Notes under the pieces: model-generated | Told to the model about the DNA's origin: nothing | The model's input: the letters and a program-made list of their open reading frames with translations, nothing else | Databases searched by the model: none | In this document: piece by piece, positions 8,471 through 17,786 of the stretch | How positions within the stretch are numbered: position 1 is the first letter of the stretch | Layout of the letters: the number at the start of each line of letters is the position of its first letter | Assembly (NCBI GenBank): GCA_944384585.1 | Contig: CALWTY010000002.1 | Coordinates: 27,541 to 91,540, forward strand | DNA from: an uncultured Clostridia bacterium | Lineage (GTDB): Bacteria; Bacillota; Clostridia; Oscillospirales; CAG-272 | DNA: 64,000 nucleotides | Reading direction: 5' to 3' | Translations under genes and position numbers: made by a program

Positions 8471-10066
8471 TCAGAAGGGACTGTCTGCCTGCCCGATTAC
8501 GATCTCCCGTCCCAATACCCCGGACAGGCGATCCCGCAGACGGAGCAGGGCGGGGGTATAGTCCCGCTTTCCGTGCGGCGTGCGATATCCCGACTCGATG
8601 CTCTCGGCCTGGTAGCGGAGGTATTGTTCTGCGGCGGAGGCGATCTCCTCGTTTTCGTCGGACAAAAGGGGGATGACATATTCGGCGGCGCTGTAGGAGA
8701 GGCTGTAGAACGCGCCGACGTCGCAGGTCGGCAGAACGCCGTCCTGATAGAGCCTGACATTGAGCTTCACGACCGCCGCGTCGGGATTGAGGAGGCAGAG
8801 GGTCGAGAAGAGGATCAGAAAGGCGGCGCAGGAGGAGGGGACGACGGGGAAGGAGGGGCGGAGCTGACGGAGGATGATCAGCAGGAAGATCACGGCAAGC
8901 AGCACCATGAACCAGGAGGTCAGCAGCCGCAGCCGCGTGAATCCGAACAGCCCGATATAAAGCACCATCTTGCGGAAGGCGGTGGCGATCAGGATCAGGG
9001 TGAAGACCGACAGGATGACGTTGAGCACCCGTACCGCGCCGCTCTGACGCCCCTCGGCTTTTTTGGAGAGGAGGGAGGCGAAGAGGATGACGCAGAGATT
9101 GAGGAAGGTGACGACGCAGAGCTGGAAGAAGCCGCTTCTTGCGTATTCCGCCGCCGAATAGCCCTCCGGGACGATGCCGGCGAAGGCTTTGACGTAATAG
9201 CCGAGCTGGGAGATGAAAAAGAGCAGGTAAATCAGGAGCAGGGGGATCACGGCCGAGCAGACGGCGACGACGGGGAGGCGGGAGAGGGAGGCGGTGTGCC
9301 GCTTTTTGGCTTCCTCGTTCAGAATCCCGCGGCAGCGCCCCTCACGGTTGGTAAAGATCATGCTGAAGAAATACATGGAGACCGGGATGCTGAAGAGGGC
9401 AAGATATAAATTGAAGAGGATCTCGCTTACGCTGCTGCCGAAGACCGCACGGGCGATACGGCGGGCGATCTCCCCGAAGGCGGGGTCGGCGGAGGAGAGC
9501 AGGGCGGTCACCACGAGAGCGGGAAGAAACGCAATGGCAATGCCCAGCAGGATACAGGCGGCGGTGCGCCCCTTTTTTGCATTCTTCAGAGGGGCGATCA
9601 GCGCGGGGAAGATCGAGGCGAAGGCGGAGAAGGGCATCACGAAGAGCGCCTTGACGGCGTCGAAGAAGAAGGTGTCGTCGATTTTGCCGTCTTCCTTTCC
9701 GAAGGTGAGATAATACCAGATCGGGTAGCCGAGCATCTCAAAGAAGAGGACAAGCGTTGCCGCCGGAGAGCCCGGGGCGGTCAGAAAGACGGTCGGAAGC
9801 AGGACAAGACACGCCAGCAGGATGATCGGGAGGGCGCGGAAGCGCCGGCGGGCGATCAGCAGGATGACGGCGGGAAGGGAAAAGACGACCGAAAAGAGAA
9901 ACGCCGAGCCGCCGAGCGAGGAGCGCCCCACCCATTGCAGGAAGAGATAACCGAGGATCAGACAGGCAAGCGCCGTGACGGAATGGGAGACGGAGAAGCC
10001 GGGCGCACCTGACGGAGGAACAGAGGCCGACAGCTGACGCGGCAGGGGAGCATGAGAATCGTTCAT
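8471..10066 (-). CDS. polytopic membrane protein of unknown function (DUF4153/DUF4173-like by recollection)
   Basis: It has roughly 12 hydrophobic segments and a soluble C-terminal tail. The start is taken at MNDSHAPLP (10066, preceded by AAAGGA) rather than the tracked 10138, which has no RBS. Confidence 0.6.
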   Translation of the reverse strand: MNDSHAPLPRQLSASVPPSGAPGFSVSHSVTALACLILGYLFLQWVGRSSLGGSAFLFSVVFSLPAVILLIARRRFRALPIILLACLVLLPTVFLTAPGSPAATLVLFFEMLGYPIWYYLTFGKEDGKIDDTFFFDAVKALFVMPFSAFASIFPALIAPLKNAKKGRTAACILLGIAIAFLPALVVTALLSSADPAFGEIARRIARAVFGSSVSEILFNLYLALFSIPVSMYFFSMIFTNREGRCRGILNEEAKKRHTASLSRLPVVAVCSAVIPLLLIYLLFFISQLGYYVKAFAGIVPEGYSAAEYARSGFFQLCVVTFLNLCVILFASLLSKKAEGRQSGAVRVLNVILSVFTLILIATAFRKMVLYIGLFGFTRLRLLTSWFMVLLAVIFLLIILRQLRPSFPVVPSSCAAFLILFSTLCLLNPDAAVVKLNVRLYQDGVLPTCDVGAFYSLSYSAAEYVIPLLSDENEEIASAAEQYLRYQAESIESGYRTPHGKRDYTPALLRLRDRLSGVLGREIVIGQADSPF

Positions 10067-10226
10067 GACGGAAATCCTTTCGATGATATCGGAATCAGTT
10101 GCGGCGCCGTGTTCGGAACGGGGCCGCTGTGATTTCATTATAGCACCGGAATTTCAAAATGTCAAGAAAAAATTATCGAAATTCGATAAATAAATATCAT
10201 AATTCAAAAACAAACTCTTTTCCGTG

Positions 10227-10255
10227 TTGACAGGGGAGACGATTCGGGGTATAAT
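10227..10255 (+). promoter_or_regulatory. consensus sigma-A promoter of dxs
   Basis: TTGACA (10227-10232), 17-nt spacer, TATAAT (10250-10255). Confidence 0.55.
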
Positions 10256-10293
10256 AGAGAAAAAATCTGATGAAACTCCCGAAGGGAATCGAA

Positions 10294-12171
10294 ATGAGCC
10301 GTTCTGTTATCCTCGACAGGATCAACCGTCCTGACGATATCAAAAAACTGAATTCCGAGGAACTGGCGCTTCTTGCCGGGGAGATCCGGGAGTTCCTGAT
10401 CGAAAAGGTCGAAATCACCGGCGGGCATCTGGCCTCCAATCTCGGGGTGGTCGAGCTGACGCTGGCGCTGCATCGGGTCTTTGATTTTCCGCAGGATCAT
10501 CTGATTTTCGATGTCGGGCATCAGTGCTACACCCATAAGCTGCTGACGGGGCGGCGGGATCGCTTTGATACCCTGCGGCAGAGAGGGGGGCTGTCGGGTT
10601 TCACGAAAATGGCGGAGAGCGGCTATGACTGCTTCGGTGCGGGGCACAGCAGCACCTCGGTCTCGGCGGCGATCGGCTTTGCGGAGGCAGAGCGGCTGCA
10701 CGGCTCGGAGGCTTGTACTGTGGCCGTGCTGGGGGACGGTGCGTTTACCGGAGGCATGGTTCACGAGGCGCTCAACAATTGCAGACAGGATCTGCGCCTG
10801 ATCATCGTCCTGAACGAAAACGAGATGTCGATCTCGAAGAATATCGGCGCGTTCTCGCTCCTGATCGCCAGAATCCGCGCCTCCAAGGGCTATTATCGTA
10901 CCAAGCGCCGGACGGCGCGCTTCATTCTGAAGCTCCCCGTTGTCGGCAGACGCCTCTTCCGCCTGATCCGACGCATCAAGCAGTCGGTGAAAAACCGGAT
11001 GTATAAAAGCAATTACTTCGAGGATCTCGGCCTGTATTATCTCGGCCCGGTCGACGGACACGACCGCGAGCGGGTGGAGCGGCTTCTGCAGGAGGCGAAG
11101 ACCGCGCGGCAGAGTACCGTCGTGCATATCCGCACCGTCAAGGGCAAGGGCTACCCTCCCGCAGAGGCAAACCCCGGCCGCTATCACAGCGTCCCGCCGA
11201 AAAGCGCCCCGAAAATCCGCAATTTCTCTGCCGAGGCGGGGGAGCTGCTGATCGGGCTCGGGCGGAAGGACGGCAGGGTCTGCGCCGTGACTGCCGCGAT
11301 GGCGGAGGGGACGGGGCTGAAGCGCTTTGCCGCCGCCGTGCCGGAGCGGTTCTTCGATGTCGGGATCGCGGAGGAGCATGCGCTGACCTTCTCGGCGGGG
11401 CTTGCCGCCGATGGCATGAAGCCCTATTTTGCGGTCTATTCCTCCTTTCTGCAGCGGGGCTACGATAATCTGATCCATGACATCGCGCTTCAGGATCTGC
11501 CGGTGACGGTGCTGGTCGACCGGGCGGGGCTGAGCGGCGGGGACGGGCCGACGCATCACGGAATCTTCGACGTCGGCTTCCTGTCGCAGATCCCGAATAT
11601 CGAGTTGTATACTCCCTCCTGCTTCGAATCGCTGCAGTACGCAATGCAGTATTCTCTCACCGCTTCCCACCCTGTCGCGATCCGCTATCCGAACGCGGGC
11701 GATCTGCCGATGGTGCGCGAGCGGTTCTTCGAGGCGGGGGAAGGGGAGCATTTCCTGCGCTGCAGCTTCGGGGCGGGGCTTGTCCCCGATCGCCTGATTA
11801 TCACCTACGGTCGGATCGTGACCGAGGCGATGGCGGCGGCCGACGAATTCAATGCGGAAGGGAAGGGCTTCTGCGGGGTGATCCTCCTCGAAAGGCTTAA
11901 GCCCTACCCGATCACCGCCAAACAGATCGGCGCGCTTCTTCCGACAGGGCTGAAGACCGTTGTCTTTCTGGAGGAGGGCATCAGGAACGGAGGCGCGGGA
12001 ATGATCCTGCGGGAGCTGCTGCCCCTGCCCGACGGCTGCCGCTATTGCCATCTTGCCATCGACGACGTGTTCGACACGCCCGCCAATACCGGCAGTCTCT
12101 ATGCCGATTTCGGCATCGGGCGGGAGGCTGTGCTGCCGCTTCTGCGGCAGGAGAATCCTTCCGTCGGGTGA
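10294..12171 (+). CDS. dxs: 1-deoxy-D-xylulose-5-phosphate synthase
   Basis: ILDRINRPDDIKKLNSEELALLAGEIREFLI...GGHLASNLGVVELTLALHRVFDFPQDHLIFDVGHQCYTHKLLTGR and the GDG ThDP motif. The second ATG (10294) has an AAGGGA RBS, while the first (10270) sits about 8 nt from the predicted transcription start. Confidence 0.93.
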   Translation: MSRSVILDRINRPDDIKKLNSEELALLAGEIREFLIEKVEITGGHLASNLGVVELTLALHRVFDFPQDHLIFDVGHQCYTHKLLTGRRDRFDTLRQRGGLSGFTKMAESGYDCFGAGHSSTSVSAAIGFAEAERLHGSEACTVAVLGDGAFTGGMVHEALNNCRQDLRLIIVLNENEMSISKNIGAFSLLIARIRASKGYYRTKRRTARFILKLPVVGRRLFRLIRRIKQSVKNRMYKSNYFEDLGLYYLGPVDGHDRERVERLLQEAKTARQSTVVHIRTVKGKGYPPAEANPGRYHSVPPKSAPKIRNFSAEAGELLIGLGRKDGRVCAVTAAMAEGTGLKRFAAAVPERFFDVGIAEEHALTFSAGLAADGMKPYFAVYSSFLQRGYDNLIHDIALQDLPVTVLVDRAGLSGGDGPTHHGIFDVGFLSQIPNIELYTPSCFESLQYAMQYSLTASHPVAIRYPNAGDLPMVRERFFEAGEGEHFLRCSFGAGLVPDRLIITYGRIVTEAMAAADEFNAEGKGFCGVILLERLKPYPITAKQIGALLPTGLKTVVFLEEGIRNGGAGMILRELLPLPDGCRYCHLAIDDVFDTPANTGSLYADFGIGREAVLPLLRQENPSVG

Positions 12172-12180
12172 CAGGCGCGA

Positions 12181-12555
12181 TCAGACGGTCGGAATCCCGA
12201 AATCCTCCGTGACGGGATCGCGGAACAGCTCCGACATCGGGGGATGAAAGGTGAAATAAATGAAGAGAATGATCAGCAGCGCGAGGAGGCTGATTGCAAG
12301 GATGCAGGCATTGTCGGAGGAGAGCAGCCGGCGGCTGCACATCATCCGATAGGACAGAAAGCAGGTCAGCGCCGCCGATGCGACATAGACGGCAATGTCG
12401 GCGGCAAGAAAATGACATCCCGCAATGCCGGAATAGGTATAATAGAGCATCACCATCGCCGCCATGCCGAGAAAGACCGCCCAGATCTTCGCCGTGAAGA
12501 AGTTCGGCTGATCCTTTCCGTAACAGAAAAATTCACCTGCCGAGAAAAGAAGCAC
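12181..12555 (-). CDS. small polytopic membrane protein, with the true N-terminus probably upstream (frame open to 12735)
   Basis: The tracked ORF starts at a GTG. The same frame continues upstream as ...KKTIGRFCLAGFFFLLAFGPLFHFAFGLSGGSTLIGAFTPVNESVWEHLKLLLFP, a further TM helix, with no ATG/GTG/TTG in it. Confidence 0.5.
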   Translation of the reverse strand: MLLFSAGEFFCYGKDQPNFFTAKIWAVFLGMAAMVMLYYTYSGIAGCHFLAADIAVYVASAALTCFLSYRMMCSRRLLSSDNACILAISLLALLIILFIYFTFHPPMSELFRDPVTEDFGIPTV

Positions 12556-12805
12556 CGGAAAAAGAAGGAGCTTCAGATGCTCCCAGACGCTTTCGTTTAC
12601 CGGAGTGAACGCCCCGATGAGCGTGCTTCCTCCCGACAGGCCGAAGGCAAAATGGAAAAGCGGGCCGAAGGCCAGCAGGAAGAAAAACCCTGCCAGACAG
12701 AACCTTCCGATCGTCTTTTTAGCAGTCGTATCGCATCACCTCGCTGCATTTTATTAAAAAAACGCCGAAAATATTCCGCCTGATGGGGGGAATGTAAAAA
12801 AATGC

Positions 12806-12834
12806 TTGACAAACCGGATCCCGTGCGGTATAAT
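12806..12834 (+). promoter_or_regulatory. consensus sigma-A promoter of the rpsF-ssb-rpsR operon
   Basis: TTGACA (12806-12811), 17-nt spacer, TATAAT (12829-12834). A 74-nt leader precedes the rpsF ATG. Confidence 0.55.
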
Positions 12835-12908
12835 AATGCGAAGAGAATTTGTTTTCTCCTTACTGCCGGTCAGAGCCGGCGGTCTTATGTCCATAAGGAG
12901 GTGTAAAA

Positions 12909-13205
12909 ATGGAAAAGAACAACGCATCTTACGAAACTCTGTTCGTTGTTGATCTTACCCCCGGTGAGGAGGCCATGAGAGCCGTGATCGAGAAGTTTAC
13001 CACGCTGATCGCGGACAACGGCACCGTCACGGAGGTGAATGAGTGGGGCAAGCGCAAGCTGGCTTATCCGATCAATGATATGAATGAAGGGTACTATGTG
13101 CTGGTGAAGTTCACCGCCCCGACGGCATTCCCTGCCGAGCTGGAGCGTGTGTTCAATATCACCGACGGAATCATGCGTTCCATCGTGGTAGCACAGGAGT
13201 CCTGA
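12909..13205 (+). CDS. rpsF: 30S ribosomal protein S6
   Basis: YETLFVVDL...WGKRKLAYPINDMNEGYYVLVKF. It sits in the conserved rpsF-ssb-rpsR order. Confidence 0.95.
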   Translation: MEKNNASYETLFVVDLTPGEEAMRAVIEKFTTLIADNGTVTEVNEWGKRKLAYPINDMNEGYYVLVKFTAPTAFPAELERVFNITDGIMRSIVVAQES

Positions 13206-13226
13206 TCTGACGGAGGTGTGCAGGTA

Positions 13227-13706
13227 ATGGCTAATTTCAATTTCAACAAGGCGATCCTCGGCGGACGGCTTACTGCCGACCCTGAGCTGAAGCAGACGCA
13301 GAGCGGGATTCCGGTCTGTACCTTCAGTGTGGCGGTCAACCGCCGCTATCAGTCGAAGAACAGCACTGAGTCCCAGTCCCAGCAGCAGACCGATTTCATC
13401 AATGTTGTCGCATGGAGGCAGCAGGCGGAATTCGTCTCCCGCTATTTCAGAAAGGGAAGCTCGATCTGTGTTGTGGGACAGATTCAGACCAGGACCTGGA
13501 CCGATAATCAGAATCAGAAGCGCTATGCGACCGAGGTTGTCGCGGACGAGATCCAGTTCGTCGACGCCAAGGGAGAGGGTCCTGCCGCCCAGCAGGGGGG
13601 AGCTTCTGCTTATACCCCCGACAATTATGCGCCCGCATTCTCATCACAGCAGGAGGCTGCGCCGAAGTTTGAGGAAATGTCAAACGACGACGATCTGCCG
13701 TTCTGA
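13227..13706 (+). CDS. ssb: single-stranded DNA-binding protein
   Basis: MANFNFNKAILGGRLTADPELKQTQSGIPVCTFSVAVNRRY (OB fold), a Gln/Pro-rich linker and the acidic tip DDDLPF. The ATG at 13227 lies 10 nt after a GGAGG. Confidence 0.93.
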   Translation: MANFNFNKAILGGRLTADPELKQTQSGIPVCTFSVAVNRRYQSKNSTESQSQQQTDFINVVAWRQQAEFVSRYFRKGSSICVVGQIQTRTWTDNQNQKRYATEVVADEIQFVDAKGEGPAAQQGGASAYTPDNYAPAFSSQQEAAPKFEEMSNDDDLPF

Positions 13707-13782
13707 TCTCACTCGGTACGGCGCTGCCTGTCGGAGCGGACGGCGTCGGTACGAAATGCAATTTTAACAGGAGGTTTTAAAG

Positions 13783-14037
13783 ATGGATAAGGACAATTCC
13801 CAGCAGAAGCCTTTTCGCAAGGGAAACAGAAGACCGAAAAAGGTTTGTGTGTTCTGCGCCGCTAAAATCGAGCATGTCGATTATAAAGATATAGCAAGAC
13901 TCAGCAAATGCATCAGCGAACGAGCCAAGATCCTTCCCAGAAGAATCAACGGCACCTGCGCGCTGCATCAGCGTCAGCTTACCGTTGCAGTTAAAAAAGC
14001 GCGTCATATGGCGCTTCTGCCGTATATCAGCGATTAA
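13783..14037 (+). CDS. rpsR: 30S ribosomal protein S18
   Basis: [66 protein letters not shown]. Confidence 0.95.
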   Translation: MDKDNSQQKPFRKGNRRPKKVCVFCAAKIEHVDYKDIARLSKCISERAKILPRRINGTCALHQRQLTVAVKKARHMALLPYISD

Positions 14038-14046
14038 AAGAACTGA

Positions 14047-14081
14047 ATTGCTCCGCCTGAAAAGACGGGGCAATTTTTCTT
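14047..14081 (+). terminator. rho-independent terminator after rpsR
   Basis: ATTGCTCCG ... CGGGGCAAT stem (one mismatch) followed by TTTTTCTTT. Confidence 0.6.
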
Positions 14082-14205
14082 TAAAAATGAATTTATTGTT
14101 AATTTTACAGCTTTTTCCTGCTCCGGCCGTTGTCATCCCGGGGAATCGCACATAATATGAGCAGTGAAAGGCTTTGAAAGGAACGGAAAATTCCGAAACG
14201 AACGA

Positions 14206-15090
14206 ATGCAAACATTGATACGATACCGAAAAGCAATCATATTGACGATCCTCTGCCTTTGCGCGGTGCTGCTGGCGTCCTGCGCCTCCCGGAAAGCCGG
14301 GCGCGATGAGGAAGCCTTTCAGGCGCTCGTGCCCGATACCGGCTCTGTGATCGATACCCCCATTGAAGACAACGAATACAGTGACGATATCATCATCGGG
14401 ATCGAGCGCCCCGACCTGAAGGGGGATGACGACGATGAGGAGGAGACGGAGGGAGACAAGTCCGAGCAGACCGACGGTGAACCCGATCGGAATGATACGG
14501 AGGAGCTTCCCGATGAGGATGACGACGAGCTGATGGGGGGCTATGAAGGCTCGAACACCGAGTTTGAAGAGGAGGAGGAGACCGGGGAGACGGAGGAGAA
14601 TTGGGACACCGAGCGCCCCGCTTTTGATCCCGACAGTGCGGAGGTCGGAGCGAATTCCGGTCGGCTGGAGCTTTATGACGTTCCGCTGTCCGCCGAGAAG
14701 CAGAGCTATGTATTTGCAATGGCGAAGGAATTCGGAATTCCGCCGGAGCTGATCTTCGGCGTGATGTATGTGGAATCCCGCTATACAGAGACGGCTGTCT
14801 CCGCAAACGGAAAATACATTGGGATCATGCAGATCGCCAAATCCAATCTCAATCGGCTCAATAAGAAATTCGGCATCACCGACCTGACCGATTATCTGCA
14901 GAATGTCAAGGCAGGCGCGTATTTCCTCTCGTATTTCTATAAAAAATATGACGGGGATATCGATAAGGTTCTGATGTGCTACCACTGCGGCGAAGGCGGC
15001 GCGATGGTTCGCTGGAAGAACGGGATCACCCAGGATTCCTACTGCCGGAAGGTGATCAAGGAAGTGAATCGGATTCTCGCGGCAATGTAA
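14206..15090 (+). CDS. lytic transglycosylase (SLT domain) lipoprotein with an acidic linker
   Basis: MQTLIRYRKAIILTILCLCAVLLASC (lipobox), a D/E-rich spacer, then FGVMYVESRY...YIGIMQI...AGAYFLSYFYKKY...MCYHCGEGG, the SLT catalytic Glu-Ser context. Confidence 0.85.
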   Translation: MQTLIRYRKAIILTILCLCAVLLASCASRKAGRDEEAFQALVPDTGSVIDTPIEDNEYSDDIIIGIERPDLKGDDDDEEETEGDKSEQTDGEPDRNDTEELPDEDDDELMGGYEGSNTEFEEEEETGETEENWDTERPAFDPDSAEVGANSGRLELYDVPLSAEKQSYVFAMAKEFGIPPELIFGVMYVESRYTETAVSANGKYIGIMQIAKSNLNRLNKKFGITDLTDYLQNVKAGAYFLSYFYKKYDGDIDKVLMCYHCGEGGAMVRWKNGITQDSYCRKVIKEVNRILAAM

Positions 15091-15239
15091 GGGGATTTCC
15101 CCCGCGTTCTGCGCTGCCGCGTGATCCCGCACCGCTTGCGCAGCTTCGGCGCTCCCCTGCCGCGGAGCGGAAAGCAAAGCAGGAGGGTGATGCTTCCCCG
15201 ATGAGGACGCTGCGCCCTGCGGTCTGAAACAGAATAGAA

Positions 15240-15274
15240 ACGACGATCTTCAAGGGAAGACCGTCGTTTTTTTT
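15240..15274 (+). terminator. rho-independent terminator, which is also the left edge of the AT-richer island
   Basis: ACGACGATCTTC-AAGG-GAAGACCGTCGT followed by T8. Confidence 0.8.
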
Positions 15275-15319
15275 GTGAAGAAGGAGCCAAAAGGCATTCG
15301 CCGCGGGAAATCGGGCTGC

Positions 15320-16984
15320 TTATACGTTGGCAATCAGTGTGGTCAGGGATTTTCTCTGACCTTCGGTAGGCTCCTTCAGTTTGCCATTCTTCAAGAGTGT
15401 AGTGATGCAGTGTACCAGAAACCATCCGTCAGCGTGGAATACAAACTGCAGTTCATACTCTTTTACCTTTCTAAGATGCGCAGGAACAGATTCCAGTACA
15501 GCCTCGGCATAAGGAGCCTTCAGTGCTTCAAAGTCAGTCCGGTACTTTGCCTTGATTCGCTCGCCGATGGCAAGGAGTTTATTTTGAATCTCTTTGCTTG
15601 CCAGCACAACAATCTGCCATGCAGACTTGAAGTATCCGTCGTAATCTCCGTTGGTTTTTACACAACCACGTTCTGCAAGCCATGCATATTCATCCTTTGA
15701 AAGACGGTCCTCAAACTCTCTTTCATAAAGTGAGAGAATACGTTTGGATTCTTCAGAATACTTGAGCCTATAACCATCTCCACGGTCAGACCACTCGCTG
15801 TCGATCTGCCAAAGAATCCGCTCTCCGTTGCCATTCCACATAGGACCGCACCAGTTTCTCATATAAACATAGTCATCAGGAAGAACCATTTCATCCGGCA
15901 CTACAGACGCGTGATAGATATTATGAGCACCATCCGGACGGATCGTGGCAACCTCTTCAAAAGAAATGCTCTCATCCATCAGTTTCTCACCGGACCAAGC
16001 TGCTATATAAGGAATCAGCGTCCACAGGATGAAATTACGGTCCGCTTTAGGCGACTCAGTCAAGGAGATGGGAGCGTCAGTTTGACCACATAAGATGTCC
16101 GGATCGTCAAGGATGCCGGAAGAGGTCAGCTCATCATACAGATCGTTCGCAAACAGCTCAGCAGCACGCTTGTACATATCGTTCTGCATGGTAAGCAGTT
16201 CTGCAGTCGGCTCGCTGATGATGAAGTTGATAATGTACTTATCCTTTTGTGCCTGCAGGAAGCCGTATTCCTCAAGGAATTCAACTTCTGTTTCCACGTA
16301 CACAGGGGAAACACCCAAGTCATCGGCAATCTCGTTAATGGTCTTTGCCGTATTACGCACACAATAGCAGATATTCTGTAACAGTGTTGAACGGAAGAAC
16401 TCATCGGGAGACTTTTTGCCCACGGAACCGTTGATGCCGTAGGAGTGGAATTTAATAGGGTTAAACTTGAGTTCGCTCGGCTTTCTCATCGTATCCATAC
16501 CTCTTTTCAGTTCTTTTTTTGCTTCAAACAAGTGCCATTTGACAGTGCCGAGAGGAATATCCAGTTCTTTGGCAATATCTGCCTGATTTCGATTCTCGAA
16601 ATAGAACGCTACCACAATTCTTCTTTGCAGCTTAGAAAGGTAAGCAATCTCGGTCTGGAGACGATGGATAGCGTCACGATTGTCGTCGGTGTCCGGCTCA
16701 GAGTACGGATCTGCGATCAGCTCCGCAACCTCATCAATAGAAACACCGACCATACTTTTCGCTGTGTCACGATAATAGTTGCTGAGCGTGTTATGGGCAA
16801 CGGTCCAGATGAACTTTCCCATGTCCGCAACGTCATCCTTGATAAGGAGCGCACGGAACGCTCTTATCGCAATCTCCTGCGACAGATCCTCTGCATCGTG
16901 GATGCTTTTACACCTCTTCAGAGCAAATCCGAATATAGGTTTCAGGTATTCAGTTATGATTTTCTCTACGTCTTGTCTGTTCAC
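15320..16984 (-). CDS. ECF-like sigma-70 family sigma factor fused to a ~380-aa C-terminal extension with a second winged-HTH-like segment
   Basis: Sigma region 2 (HDAEDLSQEIAIRAFRAL...WTVAHNTLSNYYR) and region 4 (YLSKLQRRIVVAFYFENRNQADIAKELDIPLGTVKWHLFEAKKELK) are followed by a long unrecognised domain (NEIADDLGVSPVYVETEVEFLEEYGFL...). The start is taken at the GTG at 16984, 7 nt after GAGAGGAG. The tracked start at 17023 has no RBS. Confidence 0.8.
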   Translation of the reverse strand: MNRQDVEKIITEYLKPIFGFALKRCKSIHDAEDLSQEIAIRAFRALLIKDDVADMGKFIWTVAHNTLSNYYRDTAKSMVGVSIDEVAELIADPYSEPDTDDNRDAIHRLQTEIAYLSKLQRRIVVAFYFENRNQADIAKELDIPLGTVKWHLFEAKKELKRGMDTMRKPSELKFNPIKFHSYGINGSVGKKSPDEFFRSTLLQNICYCVRNTAKTINEIADDLGVSPVYVETEVEFLEEYGFLQAQKDKYIINFIISEPTAELLTMQNDMYKRAAELFANDLYDELTSSGILDDPDILCGQTDAPISLTESPKADRNFILWTLIPYIAAWSGEKLMDESISFEEVATIRPDGAHNIYHASVVPDEMVLPDDYVYMRNWCGPMWNGNGERILWQIDSEWSDRGDGYRLKYSEESKRILSLYEREFEDRLSKDEYAWLAERGCVKTNGDYDGYFKSAWQIVVLASKEIQNKLLAIGERIKAKYRTDFEALKAPYAEAVLESVPAHLRKVKEYELQFVFHADGWFLVHCITTLLKNGKLKEPTEGQRKSLTTLIANV

Positions 16985-17070
16985 TTGTTGGCTCCTCTCG
17001 AAAGCTTTCACCCATATAGACACGCGAATCTGAAAAGGTTGGAACTTTTTGAAAAAATTTTTTGGTAGTT

Positions 17071-17709
17071 TTATTGTTGTTTATAAATGATTTGATCGCA
17101 ACTCAAATTGACCGCGCTTAAGTTTCCCGCGCATTCTATTGATTTTGCTTCGATTTTGTAACATTCGGCAATATCTTTGCAAGTGATTTTTTGAGCGTTC
17201 AATTCGTTTGCTTTTATATTTCCGTCAGCTTTTACATCGCCGTTAATTGTGCTGCTTTGTATGCTTTGATGGCAAACTACGTCTCCGTTTATAGAGCTAT
17301 CTGACATTAGGTGTCCATAAACCTCCACCTTAAAATACTGAGTTCTATCGTTGCAATCGTGAGGGAATGCTATTTCGATTGGAGGTTCATCCGGAGAAAT
17401 TTTAGAAGTAACCTTTAATACTTTTGTTCCTCTCATTTGAACTACTCTTATGACGTCATCATCTTTCATAAATGAATGAATGTCCGAATAATCCATAATG
17501 CTATCTGAAAACAGCACATCAATTGAAACGCCAAATAGCTTCGCAATGTCAGGAAGCAGCTGAATATCCGGACAGCACTGTGCTGACTCCCATTTGGAAA
17601 CCGCTTGATTGGTTACGCCAAGGGCGCACGCCAGTTCTTCTTGTGTAAGACCCTTCTGTTTTCTAAGAAAGGCAATTTGTTCATTGATCTTAATTGTAGT
17701 CATATTCAA
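17071..17709 (-). CDS. XRE-family HTH regulator with a C-terminal repetitive beta-helix (bactofilin/DUF4097-like) tail
   Basis: INEQIAFLRKQKGLTQEELACALGVTNQAVSKWESAQCCPDIQLLPDIAKLFGVSIDVLF is an HTH_3 domain. The tail has repeated INGDV.../IKA.../IEC... strands. A GAGGTA RBS is present. Confidence 0.85.
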   Translation of the reverse strand: MNMTTIKINEQIAFLRKQKGLTQEELACALGVTNQAVSKWESAQCCPDIQLLPDIAKLFGVSIDVLFSDSIMDYSDIHSFMKDDDVIRVVQMRGTKVLKVTSKISPDEPPIEIAFPHDCNDRTQYFKVEVYGHLMSDSSINGDVVCHQSIQSSTINGDVKADGNIKANELNAQKITCKDIAECYKIEAKSIECAGNLSAVNLSCDQIIYKQQ

Positions 17710-17740
17710 GTACCTCGTGTTTTTTATTTTCGTAGCTACA

Positions 17741-17768
17741 ATTATATTTTACCGATAAGCAGCTTCAA
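17741..17768 (-). promoter_or_regulatory. candidate promoter of the XRE/sigma operon
   Basis: On the minus strand: TTGAAG (17768-17763), 16-nt spacer, TATAAT (17746-17741). Confidence 0.45.
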
Positions 17769-17786
17769 AAACAATGACGCATTAGT

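Noticed and set aside
10204-12051. 615-aa minus-strand ORF opposite dxs
   Set aside because: It is an antisense shadow ORF. It is R/P/A-rich, has no RBS, and dxs on the plus strand is unambiguous.
12835-12908. rpsF leader as an S6:S18 autoregulatory RNA element
   Set aside because: The position is plausible, and a hairpin (CTGCCGGTCAGAGCCGGCGG) is present. However, I cannot confirm the conserved motif from memory, so it is not reported as a feature.
13777-15177. 466-aa minus-strand ORF overlapping rpsR and the SLT lipoprotein gene
   Set aside because: It is antisense to two well-supported genes and spans their intergenic terminator, which is implausible for a real CDS.
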